DNA of 64,000 nt from a bacterium (lineage in GTDB: Bacteria > Patescibacteriota > Minisyncoccia > Phycocordibacterales > GCA-002787175). The DNA is taken from positions 1,293 through 65,292 of the forward strand of contig JAUYKQ010000027.1 of assembly GCA_030699905.1 (NCBI GenBank). Reading direction: 5' to 3'. Position numbers and translations under genes: made by a program. Each line of letters starts with the position of its first letter. Positions within the stretch are counted from its first letter, which is position 1. Of the stretch, positions 1-8,114 are shown piece by piece. The notes under the pieces are model-generated. The model searched no databases. It saw only the letters and a list, made by a program, of their open reading frames with translations, and had not been told where the DNA came from.

Positions 1-195
1 CCGTAAACATCACAGACCCGTATCTCAAAGCCGACGCGTTTATCGTAATCGCCAGAGAGATTAACACTCGGTTAAAGCGGTAACGGTAAAAACAAAAAGT
101 TTTACATTTACACAACCCCGGAGTTTTGCACTCGGGGTTTTTTGTTGCATTTAGGAAAAAAGGAGTACCGCCTCTTGGGCGGGGAGGGCTTTTTT

Positions 196-352
196 CTCCC
201 TTTCGTAAAGGGTTAGGGAATTTTCAATTTTCAATCAAATCCCGAAATTTTCAATGCATCAAATTCGTAAGCAGTGTTCGCCCCTCCTTGCTTTCTTGTT
301 TAAAAATTGATTCATTGAAAATTGATTGAAAATTGCAAAATTGAAAATTCTC
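196..352. mobile_element. MITE-like element, family D copy 1. About 155 bp, bounded by ~30 bp terminal inverted repeats (GAGAATTTTCAATTTTGCAATTTTCAATCAA ... TTGATTGAAAATTGCAAAATTGAAAATTCTC). The left repeat is shortened in this copy.
   Basis: Near-identical second copy at 17209-17384. The terminal inverted repeats are read directly. No coding capacity; the ORF-track entry 126..329 is an artefact of the repeat. Confidence 0.7.
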
Positions 353-357
353 TTTTT

Positions 358-417
358 CCTAAATCCTAAATCCTAAATCCTAAATCCTAAATCCTAAATC
401 CTAAATCCTAAATCCTA
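358..417. repeat. Tandem heptamer microsatellite (CCTAAAT), about 8.5 units
   Basis: Direct read: cctaaatcctaaatcc..., lying between family D copy 1 and the zupT stop. The same AATCCTA/TAAATCC motif recurs at 30811-30826 and 51338-51350. Confidence 0.9.
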
Positions 418-421
418 TCCA

Positions 422-1177
422 TTAATGTGATACGCTCACCAAGTAGCCGATAACTATAAGTCCCAAGATAAAAGCAAAAACCACGCGGTAAAGCTCTTTG
501 TGTCCGGCTCTGTGATGTATTTCCGGAATGATGTCGGATGCGGCAATATAGGTGAAAATTCCTGAAGCCGCTGCCAATAGAAAAGCCAAACGGTTTTCAA
601 AAAATCCGGCTGCGTAGAATCCGATAAACACCCCGACCACAGTCAAAAGTGAAGACAAGATGTTCACCATTATTATATTCAGTTTCTTCCACCCTTGGTC
701 TAAAAGTATTGAGAAGTCGCCGATTTCTTGCGGAATTTCGTGGGCGGCAATGGCGATAGCAGTAGTGAGGCCAAGAGCCGGATTTGCGACATAGGCGAGA
801 GCGATAACAATACCGTCAAGAAAATTATGCAAAGAGTCCCCTGTGATTATAAGGAGAGGCAACGACTCGGTGTGTTCGCCGTGTTCGCCCGCTTCTCCTT
901 CGGTGTGGTAGTGAAAGTATCTCATAAGTACTCTTTCAATGATGAAAAACGCGGTAAATCCCACGAGAAAAGCCAAAAATATCGCATGCGGTTCTTCCAC
1001 CATTTCGACGGCTTCCGGTAAAATGTCCAGAAAAGCAACTCCGATAAAAGCTCCCGCCGAAAAAGACAAAAGAGGAGTTATGACTTTGGCCGCGTAGTTT
1101 GATTTCCATATAAGAAGAAGCCCTCCGACAAGAGAGAAAAGTCCTGCAATAAGAGCATAGAGAGTAAGTTGAAGCAT
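422..1177 (-). CDS. zupT: ZIP-family metal (zinc) transporter, ZupT-like
   Basis: Multi-TM protein with a His-rich loop (HYHTEGEAGEHGEHTE) and the ZIP motifs HNFLDG and HEIPQEIGDF. Confidence 0.8.
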   Translation of the reverse strand: MLQLTLYALIAGLFSLVGGLLLIWKSNYAAKVITPLLSFSAGAFIGVAFLDILPEAVEMVEEPHAIFLAFLVGFTAFFIIERVLMRYFHYHTEGEAGEHGEHTESLPLLIITGDSLHNFLDGIVIALAYVANPALGLTTAIAIAAHEIPQEIGDFSILLDQGWKKLNIIMVNILSSLLTVVGVFIGFYAAGFFENRLAFLLAAASGIFTYIAASDIIPEIHHRAGHKELYRVVFAFILGLIVIGYLVSVSH

Positions 1178-1228
1178 TTTATGATGTTAATAAATTAATA
1201 AATTGACAAAGGCCGAACAATACGAAAT

Positions 1229-1687
1229 CTAATAGCCAAGATAAGCGCAATTTTTACACAAGCCAAAAAATTCAAGCAAATGGTTTTTGACTTTGAATTT
1301 TTTGTCCCGTAAAATCTTTCTTTCCACTTTTTCCAAATCTTCGTCCAAAATAACGTCTTCCACTTTTTCGCACACGGTGCACACCGCGTGATGGTGGTGG
1401 GGAAGTCCCGCTATTTCGTATCTTTTCTTTCCGTCTCCGAATTCAATTTCTGAAATCACTTCTTCTTTCTTTAAAAAATCCAATTCTCGGTAAATCGTTG
1501 TTTTGTTGAATTTTCGCACGGTTTTTGCCGCCTCACTCAAAATAGCGCCAGCCGAAAAGGGCTTCCTGTTTTCAGCCAAAAAACCGACTATAAACGACCT
1601 GTTTTTGGTAACCTTATGTCCACGCTCTTTAAGCGAGCGTAGTATGTTTTCCGAAAATGTCATATTTGCTGTTATGGTACTGTGCAT
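1229..1687 (-). CDS. zur: Fur-family transcriptional regulator, probably Zur. The start is uncertain (MHST at 1687 or MTFS at 1663). The longer N-terminus in the ORF track is a read-through into the family A repeat.
   Basis: Winged-helix N-terminus, an HHHH...CxxC metal-binding region, and a C-terminal CKNC, as in Fur/Zur. It lies immediately upstream of zupT on the same strand. Confidence 0.75.
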   Translation of the reverse strand: MHSTITANMTFSENILRSLKERGHKVTKNRSFIVGFLAENRKPFSAGAILSEAAKTVRKFNKTTIYRELDFLKKEEVISEIEFGDGKKRYEIAGLPHHHHAVCTVCEKVEDVILDEDLEKVERKILRDKKFKVKNHLLEFFGLCKNCAYLGY

Positions 1688-1817
1688 TACGAAATGTCTT
1701 TTTCGGCGAGGTCTTCGTGGCGCACGGAGATTTTTTACTAAAAATCTCCTCTCTCCGGCTAGAGCCGCGCCTCCGAAGGCGCCTCTCAAACCTCGCCTCA
1801 ACACCATTTCGTAATTC
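1684..1817. mobile_element. MITE-like element, family A copy 1. About 135 bp, ends (C)ATTACGAAATG ... CATTTCGTAATTC.
   Basis: Three near-identical copies (here, 19864-20006 and 59937-60078). Internal hairpins GAGATTTTTTACTAAAAATCTC and GCGCCTCCGAAGGCGCC. It generates spurious ORFs (MNYEMVLRRGLRGAFGG...). Confidence 0.8.
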
Positions 1818-1937
1818 AAGGTATAGTAGCAATTTAATAATGTATCCGTTTGAAAAAAACCTAAGGCATAGCGCGTGTCAAAAGTTTCTCTGGCAACGGA
1901 CTACTATATAATATGCAACTGGGTTGCGTTTGTCAAA

Positions 1938-2229
1938 TAAAAAAGCGGCTCTGCTTTGTAAAAGCAGAGCCGTACGCCATCCCGAGATGGCGTACAGTCC
2001 ACAAGAGCGCCCGAACCGTACCAGTTGGTGGCAGTGGACTGTAGAACAAACGCTGGGAGCATCCGTGGCTCAACTCAACGGAGCGCGGTTTAGGCCGGGC
2101 GAAGTCGGCCTTCGGCGCGACGTAGTCACTTCGGCTTGTGACGAAGTCGGCCTTTTCCTCGCGGACATTTCCCTCCAGACAATAGGGGAAAGGTTGAGGA
2201 GCGACAATCAGATGCTCCCAGCTAAAACT
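1938..2229 (-). ncRNA. Candidate structured small RNA of unknown class, about 290 nt and GC-rich. It has its own sigma70-like promoter and an intrinsic terminator.
   Basis: The minus strand carries TTGACA-17nt-TATCAT at 2264-2236. A 12 bp long-range stem (GCTGGGAGCATC/GATGCTCCCAGC) encloses about 165 nt. Several internal hairpins, including C(UUCG)G. It ends in two 3' hairpins followed by a T-run (1944-1972). Not protein-like; the ORF-track entry 1924..2331 translates to low-complexity junk. Confidence 0.5.
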
Positions 2230-2235
2230 TGCAAG

Positions 2236-2264
2236 ATGATACACTTTTACAATTTTTTTGTCAA
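2236..2264 (-). promoter_or_regulatory. sigma70-like promoter (TTGACA, 17 nt spacer, TATCAT) for the candidate ncRNA
   Basis: Read directly on the minus strand: ttgacaaaaaaattgtaaaagtgtatcat. Confidence 0.5.
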
Positions 2265-2390
2265 CTTTTTGTATTCGTCCACCACTAACAAGGGAAGCCG
2301 GGGAATAGGTAAATCACAAAAAGACGCCTGACCTTAAATATAAAATATCGTCCATTATCCTACTGTTTATTATTCATTCCCATTATATCC

Positions 2391-2927
2391 CTACGGACAA
2401 CTGCCGCCGAATGTCATGATGCCGTTCGTACCGTTACCGTAGTGAAATGGTTGACCGTTGCACGCAATTACACCATCAGTGTTTTGTATGGGGTTAGATG
2501 TATCTTCTAAACGATACAATATCATATACCACTGTTGATTTGTCTGTCCCGGAGCGCGATAGCCACCTGAATAATACGAATAGGTGTAATTACCGTTGTA
2601 CGCATGGCCGGGAGATATGCTATTGCTGTTAACCGGATCCACAGGCATCATTGGAAGATACGGCTCCAGTGCCGTGCCGAGGACGCCCGTCTCCCATGTG
2701 GTTTGGTGACTGCTGACCCAGGAGGTATAAGGATAATATCCGCGGTCGTCATAATACAATTCCAACGCTTTTTGAATTTCTCGAATTTCAGTTATCCTCC
2801 TCGTATCCCTCGCCCTCTTTCGCGCGCCGTCTAAACTCGAAAAAACCACTGACGACAGCAGGCCTATGATGGCTATCACCACTAAAAGTTCTATCAGAGT
2901 GAATCCTCGCTTGCTTCGCAAGTTCAC
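2391..2927 (-). CDS. Type IV pilin-like protein with a prepilin-type N-terminal cleavage/methylation domain
   Basis: N-terminus [28 protein letters not shown], which is a class III signal peptide. Gly/Tyr/Asn-rich C-terminus. Confidence 0.85.
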   Translation of the reverse strand: MNLRSKRGFTLIELLVVIAIIGLLSSVVFSSLDGARKRARDTRRITEIREIQKALELYYDDRGYYPYTSWVSSHQTTWETGVLGTALEPYLPMMPVDPVNSNSISPGHAYNGNYTYSYYSGGYRAPGQTNQQWYMILYRLEDTSNPIQNTDGVIACNGQPFHYGNGTNGIMTFGGSCP

Positions 2928-3196
2928 ACCTGTTTTGGAAAAAACAGGTGTGGGGGGTAAACCCTTTTTTATTATTCATATAAAAATTCAGCACCTATGT
3001 CTGCCTCTATGATTTGACCATTATCATAATCTGACCATACCCTATGAGAAAGATAATCGTTTATGAAAAAGACCACTAAAATCAAAAGAGTGAGGCCGAG
3101 AAAGATATCCGACGCGTTGTAGTAAATGACAATCTTGGCATCTTTCCTGCTGTCATGCATATGTCTTTTGTGGATGAATTTAAACATGTTTATATT

Positions 3197-3358
3197 CTTT
3201 GAATTACGAAACTCCAAATCCGCGTCTTTCTTTTCAATTTCGGCTACGGCTTTGCAAAAATTATTCAACAGATACTCTGTATATGCCTCATAATTTTTGC
3301 TTCGCCTCGCCCGAAATTGAAAAGAAATCCATCGGAAGCGAGTTTCGTAACTCAAAGT
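3197..3358. mobile_element. MITE-like element, family C copy 1. About 160 bp, ends CTTTGAATTACGAAACTCC ... GGAAGCGAGTTTCGTAACTCAAAGT.
   Basis: Near-identical second copy at 31531-31692. It is the source of the spurious ORFs 2972..3385 and 31513..31773 (both contain ...SYETRFRWISFQFRARRSKNYEAYTEYLLNNFCKAVAEIEKKDA...). Confidence 0.8.
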
Positions 3359-3402
3359 TATTATACGATAGTTTGTAATGGACACAACCGCTCCAATACT
3401 CG

Positions 3403-5358
3403 CTAATATAGAGGGTTGGCAAAGAGTTCCTCCAGCTCTTTTATATTGATAAATTCTTGAGGGGCTTTTATGTCAAGAGGTTGATTTATGTCAAAAAAAG
3501 AGTAGCGGGAGTCCAAAAAATATTGTTTGTTTTTAAGGCGGGCCGAATCGGAAATCGGAATCATTCGTGTCTGGTATCTGACTTGCGCGGGGAATCCGTC
3601 CTTGGTAAACCAGATGGCAAATTCGTTGTTTTCCTGCATGTGGTTGAAAAATGATTCAAACAATTCGCTCTCCAGAATCGCCGTAACTTTGGGGTCAGGT
3701 TCCCAATCTGCCTCCGCCCCTTCTTGGCCGTAAAGTTTTGGTGAAATCTCTTTTACTACGCGAGTGTAGACGGGTAGTATTTTTTCCCTATCCATTCCCA
3801 AAACGTATTTGTAAGCCGTCTTGCCACCAACTTTTTCTTTTTTGGCATTTCCTTTGACAAAGAAAAGTCCTTCGTCATTTACTATTTTCATGACCTCGGT
3901 GAAAGCAATCGCCATGTTATCGGGAGATGCTTCTTCCTCTTCTCCTTGTTCATACGCTCCAAAGTCGGATAATGGAAGAAAAGTATTTTCAACGTCGTCT
4001 TTTGAAATTTTAACCCATTTGCCTTTTATGAGACCCGGGTCAAAATAGGCGGAGATAAAGGGTAAACTTGGGAATTTATTTATGCGAACGTATAAAATTT
4101 CGTCAACTAACCGAAGGTCAAAATCAATCATGTAAGAAGAGTCACCGAATCCGGCGTCAACACCCACGTTGAATTCAGTGTTTGGTTTTATGTCCGACTG
4201 ATTTTCCGCCTGTTTTTCAAAATTGACGGCGCCGGAAAGAGCTCCCTCTAAAGAAAGTTCGCTTGGCATGGACAAAAACAGACGGTCTCTTGACTGAAGA
4301 AAGTCCACAACAGGGGGTGCCGGGGGAGAGCCGGTAAACTGATAGAAATAGAAATACGGTTGATTCTCGTCAAAAGTTAGGGTTTTCCCGGAAATTTGAG
4401 CGGACTTGGGTCCTGTGTTTGCGCTTATGCTGTAGGGAAGGCGTTTCTCAATTTCCCAAATGGCTTCGTCCGTTTCAAATTCAACGGAAAGTGTGTACCC
4501 CTGCCTGTCGCTGTCCACTATATATACGAAAGAATCGTCAATAAGGTTCTTGTTTTCGAAAAAAACATCTTTATTATTTTTATTGTAGCTTAATGTTTGC
4601 GAGTCGTTAAAGTATTCATCCAATGTTTTAGGATATCTGTTTTTGTTGTCGCCGGGATAAAAGCGCAGGTTATTCAAGGCCTCCAAAACATCCATTCTCT
4701 GCCTGTCTCTTTCAAACATCGGTCGTCTCGCTTCAACTTCCGAGTCATCGTAAGTGAAGGGACGAGCATTTGGTTCTCTATCCATTGAATAAAAAGAAAC
4801 GGCCAGCTCATAGCGGGCTGTATCCATATCGGCAAATTTGGCTATGCCTTTAGTCAGTATTTCCGAGCTGTTTTTGTATGGCGCTCCGCCAAAAAACCAC
4901 AGATTGTTTACATAGGCGTAAGCCGCTCCTCCCGTGAGCATCACTATCGCGGCTATGATAATGCTCATCATAACCCCGTGTTTTCTTGGCGAGGCGGGAG
5001 CAGAAGATGAAAGAACTTCACTTTTTGGCGAAATTTCAGAATCGGCATTTTGGAATGCGGAAGTTTCTTGGGTAGGGGGCAGCCACGGGTTTAGGGCGGG
5101 TTTGACTTTTTCTTTTGAGCCGTGATAGGAGTTTTGATATGATCCGTTCGGATAGTCGTTTAAAGATTTGTAACTGCTTTCCCGCGCTTTTATTTCCGGA
5201 GGAGGCATGGGGGACGTATGCGACGTATCCTGAAAGGCCTCGTTTATATCCGAATCGCTCCACGCCTGTTTTTTGAGCTCGTCTCTGATTTGGCTGTCAC
5301 TCATTCCATAATCGCGCGCTTCAATAATATATTTACGGACTTGCGAATCTGTTGCCAT
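3403..5358 (-). CDS. Hypothetical large membrane-anchored protein: short cytoplasmic N-terminus, low-complexity Ser/Pro linker, one TM helix, and an extracytoplasmic domain of about 500 aa
   Basis: Long ORF. TM segment VMMSIIIAAIVMLTGGAAYAYV. No recognisable catalytic motif. Confidence 0.6.
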   Translation of the reverse strand: MATDSQVRKYIIEARDYGMSDSQIRDELKKQAWSDSDINEAFQDTSHTSPMPPPEIKARESSYKSLNDYPNGSYQNSYHGSKEKVKPALNPWLPPTQETSAFQNADSEISPKSEVLSSSAPASPRKHGVMMSIIIAAIVMLTGGAAYAYVNNLWFFGGAPYKNSSEILTKGIAKFADMDTARYELAVSFYSMDREPNARPFTYDDSEVEARRPMFERDRQRMDVLEALNNLRFYPGDNKNRYPKTLDEYFNDSQTLSYNKNNKDVFFENKNLIDDSFVYIVDSDRQGYTLSVEFETDEAIWEIEKRLPYSISANTGPKSAQISGKTLTFDENQPYFYFYQFTGSPPAPPVVDFLQSRDRLFLSMPSELSLEGALSGAVNFEKQAENQSDIKPNTEFNVGVDAGFGDSSYMIDFDLRLVDEILYVRINKFPSLPFISAYFDPGLIKGKWVKISKDDVENTFLPLSDFGAYEQGEEEEASPDNMAIAFTEVMKIVNDEGLFFVKGNAKKEKVGGKTAYKYVLGMDREKILPVYTRVVKEISPKLYGQEGAEADWEPDPKVTAILESELFESFFNHMQENNEFAIWFTKDGFPAQVRYQTRMIPISDSARLKNKQYFLDSRYSFFDINQPLDIKAPQEFINIKELEELFANPLY

Positions 5359-5546
5359 ATCTTACAATATTAACATTTATAAAACAAAAAAACTTAAACT
5401 TATCCACAAGCGCCGGAAGCACCGGCTGTTAAACATAGATGGAGTGCCAAAAAATTTTGCGTTGTTGGCATCAGCCGTTGGCAGAATCATCTTTTTTTGC
5501 TATATTTTTAGAGTTCAATTTAAAATACCCTGAATCATTTTTGAGC

Positions 5547-5618
5547 TCCGCGGTAGCTCAGCGGTAGAGCGATCGCCTGTTAAGCGATTGGTCGTAGGTT
5601 CGAATCCTACCCGCGGAG
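5547..5618 (+). tRNA. tRNA-Asn (anticodon GTT)
   Basis: Cloverleaf read by hand: acceptor TCCGCGG/CCGCGGA, D-arm GCTCAGCGGTAGAGC, anticodon loop CTGTTAA, T-arm GGTTCGAATCC. No encoded CCA. Confidence 0.85.
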
Positions 5619-5856
5619 CTTAGAAATGATTCTTTAGTCAGTAGTCCTTGACATAAAACTTCTCAAATGTTATCCTTGACTCAAGCTTTTGATACTCGTG
5701 TGGGGCTCGGAGGCCACAGAAGAATAAACGCACTCGTTTACAACATTCTGATTTTATTACCTGCACAGCCCTGAAACAGCATTGCTTGTTTCAATAAATA
5801 ATATAAAGGGACTCCGGAAGAAATATATTCGGCCGGAGTCCCAAAGTACGATATAG

Positions 5857-7122
5857 ATGCAAACACAAACTAACCGACTTGGTAAAAGCGGCGGTTTTGG
5901 CCGTCGCAGACCTTCTTTTTCACGTTCCGGTACTGGTTACCGAGAGCGCAATCATTCTCAACCTTCCGGTCGAGGATTTTCAAGTAATGAGCGTAGCAGA
6001 GGCCGTTTTCGCAAAATGCCGACATTCAATCCTTCTCAATTTATAAATACCAATCCTGCCGATTTTACGGCGGAAGTGTACGAACCCAAACACCTTTTTT
6101 CAACTTTTGGCCTTTCCGCAAAACTTGTAGACGCTATCAGCGCGCTCGGCATGAAGTGGCCGTCTCCAATTCAGGACCAGATTATTCCACATATTCTTGA
6201 AGGTCGCGATGTTATCGGGCTTGCTGAAACCGGAACGGGGAAGACCGCCGCGTTTCTTATTCCGCTCATTGAAAAAACCCTAAAGGCGTACGGCAGACAG
6301 ACCCTCATCCTTACCCCTACACGCGAACTTGCCATTCAGGTTCGCGATGAACTGCAAAAACTTTCAAGCGGAAGCGGTATTTATTCCGTCATCTGCGTCG
6401 GAGGCACAAATATTCGTCCCCAGATTCAGGCATTGCGAAGAAAAAGTCATTTTGTCGTGGGGACGCCGGGACGCGTTCTTGACCTTATAAAACGAGGGGA
6501 TTTCAAACCCCAGTATGTTAGCGCGGTTGTGCTTGACGAAGCTGACAGAATGTTAGACATGGGATTTATCAATGATATGAGAAAAATATTGAGTAGCGCC
6601 CCTAAAGAGCGGGAAACTTTGCTTTTCTCGGCGACCATGTCAGACGCTACAAAACAAATCGTCAAAGAGTTTCTCCGCGAACCGGTTCTTGTGTCGGTAA
6701 AAAAGAGGGACGTAACCGGCAGTATCAAACAAGATGTCGTGCGTTGCAAAGAAGGCGAGAAATTTGAGATTTTGACCTCGCTTCTCGGTAAGCCCGACTT
6801 TACTCGCGTCCTCATTTTCGGAGCTATGAAGCATGGTGTTGAGAAATTGGCAAAACAGCTTTTGGCAAGCGGTATAAAGGCGGAGTCAATCCACGGAAAC
6901 AAAAATCATAGTCAGAGACAGCGGTCTTTGAAGTCCTTTAAAAACGGCGACAGCCGAGTGCTCGTCGCGACCGATGTTGCCGCGCGCGGTATCCATGTAG
7001 ATGACGTTTCTCACGTTATAAACTACGACTTACCCAATACTTTTGAAGATTATGTCCACAGAATCGGGAGAACAGGCAGAGTAGACAAAAGGGGAGTGGC
7101 TCTTACGTTCGTAAGTGTGTAA
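5857..7122 (+). CDS. DEAD-box ATP-dependent RNA helicase with an RG-rich N-terminal tail
   Basis: Motifs AETGTGKT, PTRELA, DEAD, SAT and HRIGRTGR. Confidence 0.9.
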   Translation: MQTQTNRLGKSGGFGRRRPSFSRSGTGYRERNHSQPSGRGFSSNERSRGRFRKMPTFNPSQFINTNPADFTAEVYEPKHLFSTFGLSAKLVDAISALGMKWPSPIQDQIIPHILEGRDVIGLAETGTGKTAAFLIPLIEKTLKAYGRQTLILTPTRELAIQVRDELQKLSSGSGIYSVICVGGTNIRPQIQALRRKSHFVVGTPGRVLDLIKRGDFKPQYVSAVVLDEADRMLDMGFINDMRKILSSAPKERETLLFSATMSDATKQIVKEFLREPVLVSVKKRDVTGSIKQDVVRCKEGEKFEILTSLLGKPDFTRVLIFGAMKHGVEKLAKQLLASGIKAESIHGNKNHSQRQRSLKSFKNGDSRVLVATDVAARGIHVDDVSHVINYDLPNTFEDYVHRIGRTGRVDKRGVALTFVSV

Positions 7123-7136
7123 ATATACAAAATACT

Positions 7137-7173
7137 AAACTACCCTACCGCCTTGAGGTGGCAGGGTAGTTTA
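7137..7173. terminator. Bidirectional intrinsic terminator between convergent genes
   Basis: AAACTACCCTACCGCCTTGAGGTGGCAGGGTAGTTT: a GC stem flanked by an A-run and a T-run. It overlaps the last codons of the minus-strand gene. Confidence 0.7.
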
Positions 7174-7939
7174 GTTTGCTTCTGTAGATAATTGAAACGA
7201 GAGCGAAACTTAAAATAAGGAGCAGAGACCACGAGCCGATTTTGTGAAATGTGACAATATGCCAATATTCAGTTTGATTCGGGTATAGCCAAACGCGGGT
7301 AAAGGTGCCGATATTTTCGGCAATCCATACAAACAGGGAGGTCAGAAATACGGTCAAGAGAAAAGGCATACGGCGCGTCTTTTGGTAAACTTGGAAATGG
7401 ACTTCTGTTTTAAAAAAGAGGACGAATGCATACGTAAGCAAAAAGTATCTTATGTCGTAAAAAAAATGATGAGTGAAAAAGTTTAAATATATAAGCGAAG
7501 CAAGAATCCATAAGTGGTAATACGGAGGGAAATTCTCGTATGAAAGCTTCAAAAAAATGAAAGCCCGTGAAATATAGCTACCGACTGCCGAATATAGAAA
7601 ACCGGAAAACAATGGCACGGTTTTAATGGCGAAAACCGCGCTTCCTACGGCCGGGTAAAACCATGAACCGACGGATGGATGCGTTTTAAACAATTCCATT
7701 CCGGTCGCCAGTAGGTGGAAAATGATTATGACGGAAAATTCTTTCAGCCGTTCAAAACGAAACGCAAGGGCGCACATCTGAAAGCCGATTGCCATAAGGA
7801 AGATGAAATCGTATCGGCTCACAAACGGCACGGCAACAATTTCAGTCAAAAGAAATACGAAAAGCAGAAACGCGCCGAAATAGCTCGCGCGCAAATTGGC
7901 TATGAAAAAATACCTAAACTCAGCGAAAAAGTTTTTCAT
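7145..7939 (-). CDS. Hypothetical polytopic membrane protein
   Basis: Multiple hydrophobic helices. No motif recognised. Confidence 0.5.
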   Translation of the reverse strand: MKNFFAEFRYFFIANLRASYFGAFLLFVFLLTEIVAVPFVSRYDFIFLMAIGFQMCALAFRFERLKEFSVIIIFHLLATGMELFKTHPSVGSWFYPAVGSAVFAIKTVPLFSGFLYSAVGSYISRAFIFLKLSYENFPPYYHLWILASLIYLNFFTHHFFYDIRYFLLTYAFVLFFKTEVHFQVYQKTRRMPFLLTVFLTSLFVWIAENIGTFTRVWLYPNQTEYWHIVTFHKIGSWSLLLILSFALVSIIYRSKLNYPATSRR

Positions 7940-7962
7940 ATCTGCGGATATACTATCATAAA

Positions 7963-8030
7963 CTTTGAGTTACGAAACTCAAAGTTTCTTAATCTCCTAA
8001 CTTCTTAATCTCTTAATCTCTTAATTTTCT
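7963..8030. repeat. Empty fused terminal-repeat palindrome CTTTGAGTTACGAAACTCAAAGTT, followed by tandem CTTAATCT octamers
   Basis: The 24-mer equals the left and right ends of families A/B/C joined with no cargo. It is followed by tcttaatctcctaacttcttaatctcttaatctcttaatt. Confidence 0.7.
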
Positions 8031-8114
8031 CACATACACAATTATGGACGACCGCCTTTAATTGTGTATGTCGTGATGGGTGAGTAAAAGACGGGCAGAT
8101 ACACTTACCTTGAA

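Noticed and set aside
126-329. Small ORFs 126..329 (+) and 17279..17488 (-)
   Set aside because: Both lie inside the two family D element copies. They have low-complexity translations.
358-417. CRISPR array
   Set aside because: The only regular tandem repeats are 7-8 bp units (CCTAAAT, CTTAATCT) with no spacers. The larger repeats are dispersed inverted-repeat elements, not direct repeats with unique spacers. No cas genes are present.
1688-1819. N-terminal extension of the zur ORF (MNYEMVLRRGLRGAFGGAALAGERRFLVKNLRAPRRPRRKRHFV...). Near-identical pseudo-ORFs occur at 19761..20003 and 59884..60075.
   Set aside because: The same peptide is produced three times, each by a copy of the family A repeat, in different gene contexts. 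It is Arg/Gly-rich and low-complexity. These are translation artefacts of the repeat, not a conserved protein domain.
1965-2000. Resemblance of GAGCCGUACGCCAUCCCGAGAUGGCGUAC to group II intron domain V (GAGCCGUAUG...CGUACGGUUC)
   Set aside because: Only the upper helix matches. The lower helix and AGC-triad pairing are not formed, the preceding bases belong to a separate terminator hairpin, and there is no intron-encoded protein or other intron domains nearby.
1938-2229. Attempted assignment of the ncRNA candidate to RNase P, tmRNA, SRP RNA or 6S RNA
   Set aside because: I could not find the universally conserved GGAAAGUCCGG / ACAGAA-CCGGCUUA (RNase P), the tRNA-like GGUUCGA-UCC end or tag reading frame (tmRNA), or GGAAGGAAGCAGC (SRP) on either strand by eye. 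It is left unclassified pending a covariance-model scan.
1924-2331. 135 aa plus-strand ORF over the GC-rich island
   Set aside because: The translation (…RPNRTSWWQWTVEQTLGASVAQLNGARFRPGEVGLRRDVVTSACDEVGLF…) is not protein-like. The region is better explained as a structured RNA with promoter and terminator.
2972-3385. 137 aa ORF (and its twin at 31513..31773) containing ...SYETRFRWISFQFRARRSKNYEAYTEYLLNNFCKAVAEIEKKDA...
   Set aside because: Both lie entirely within the two copies of the family C element and share sequence only because the DNA repeat is shared. No start context; unlikely to be genes.
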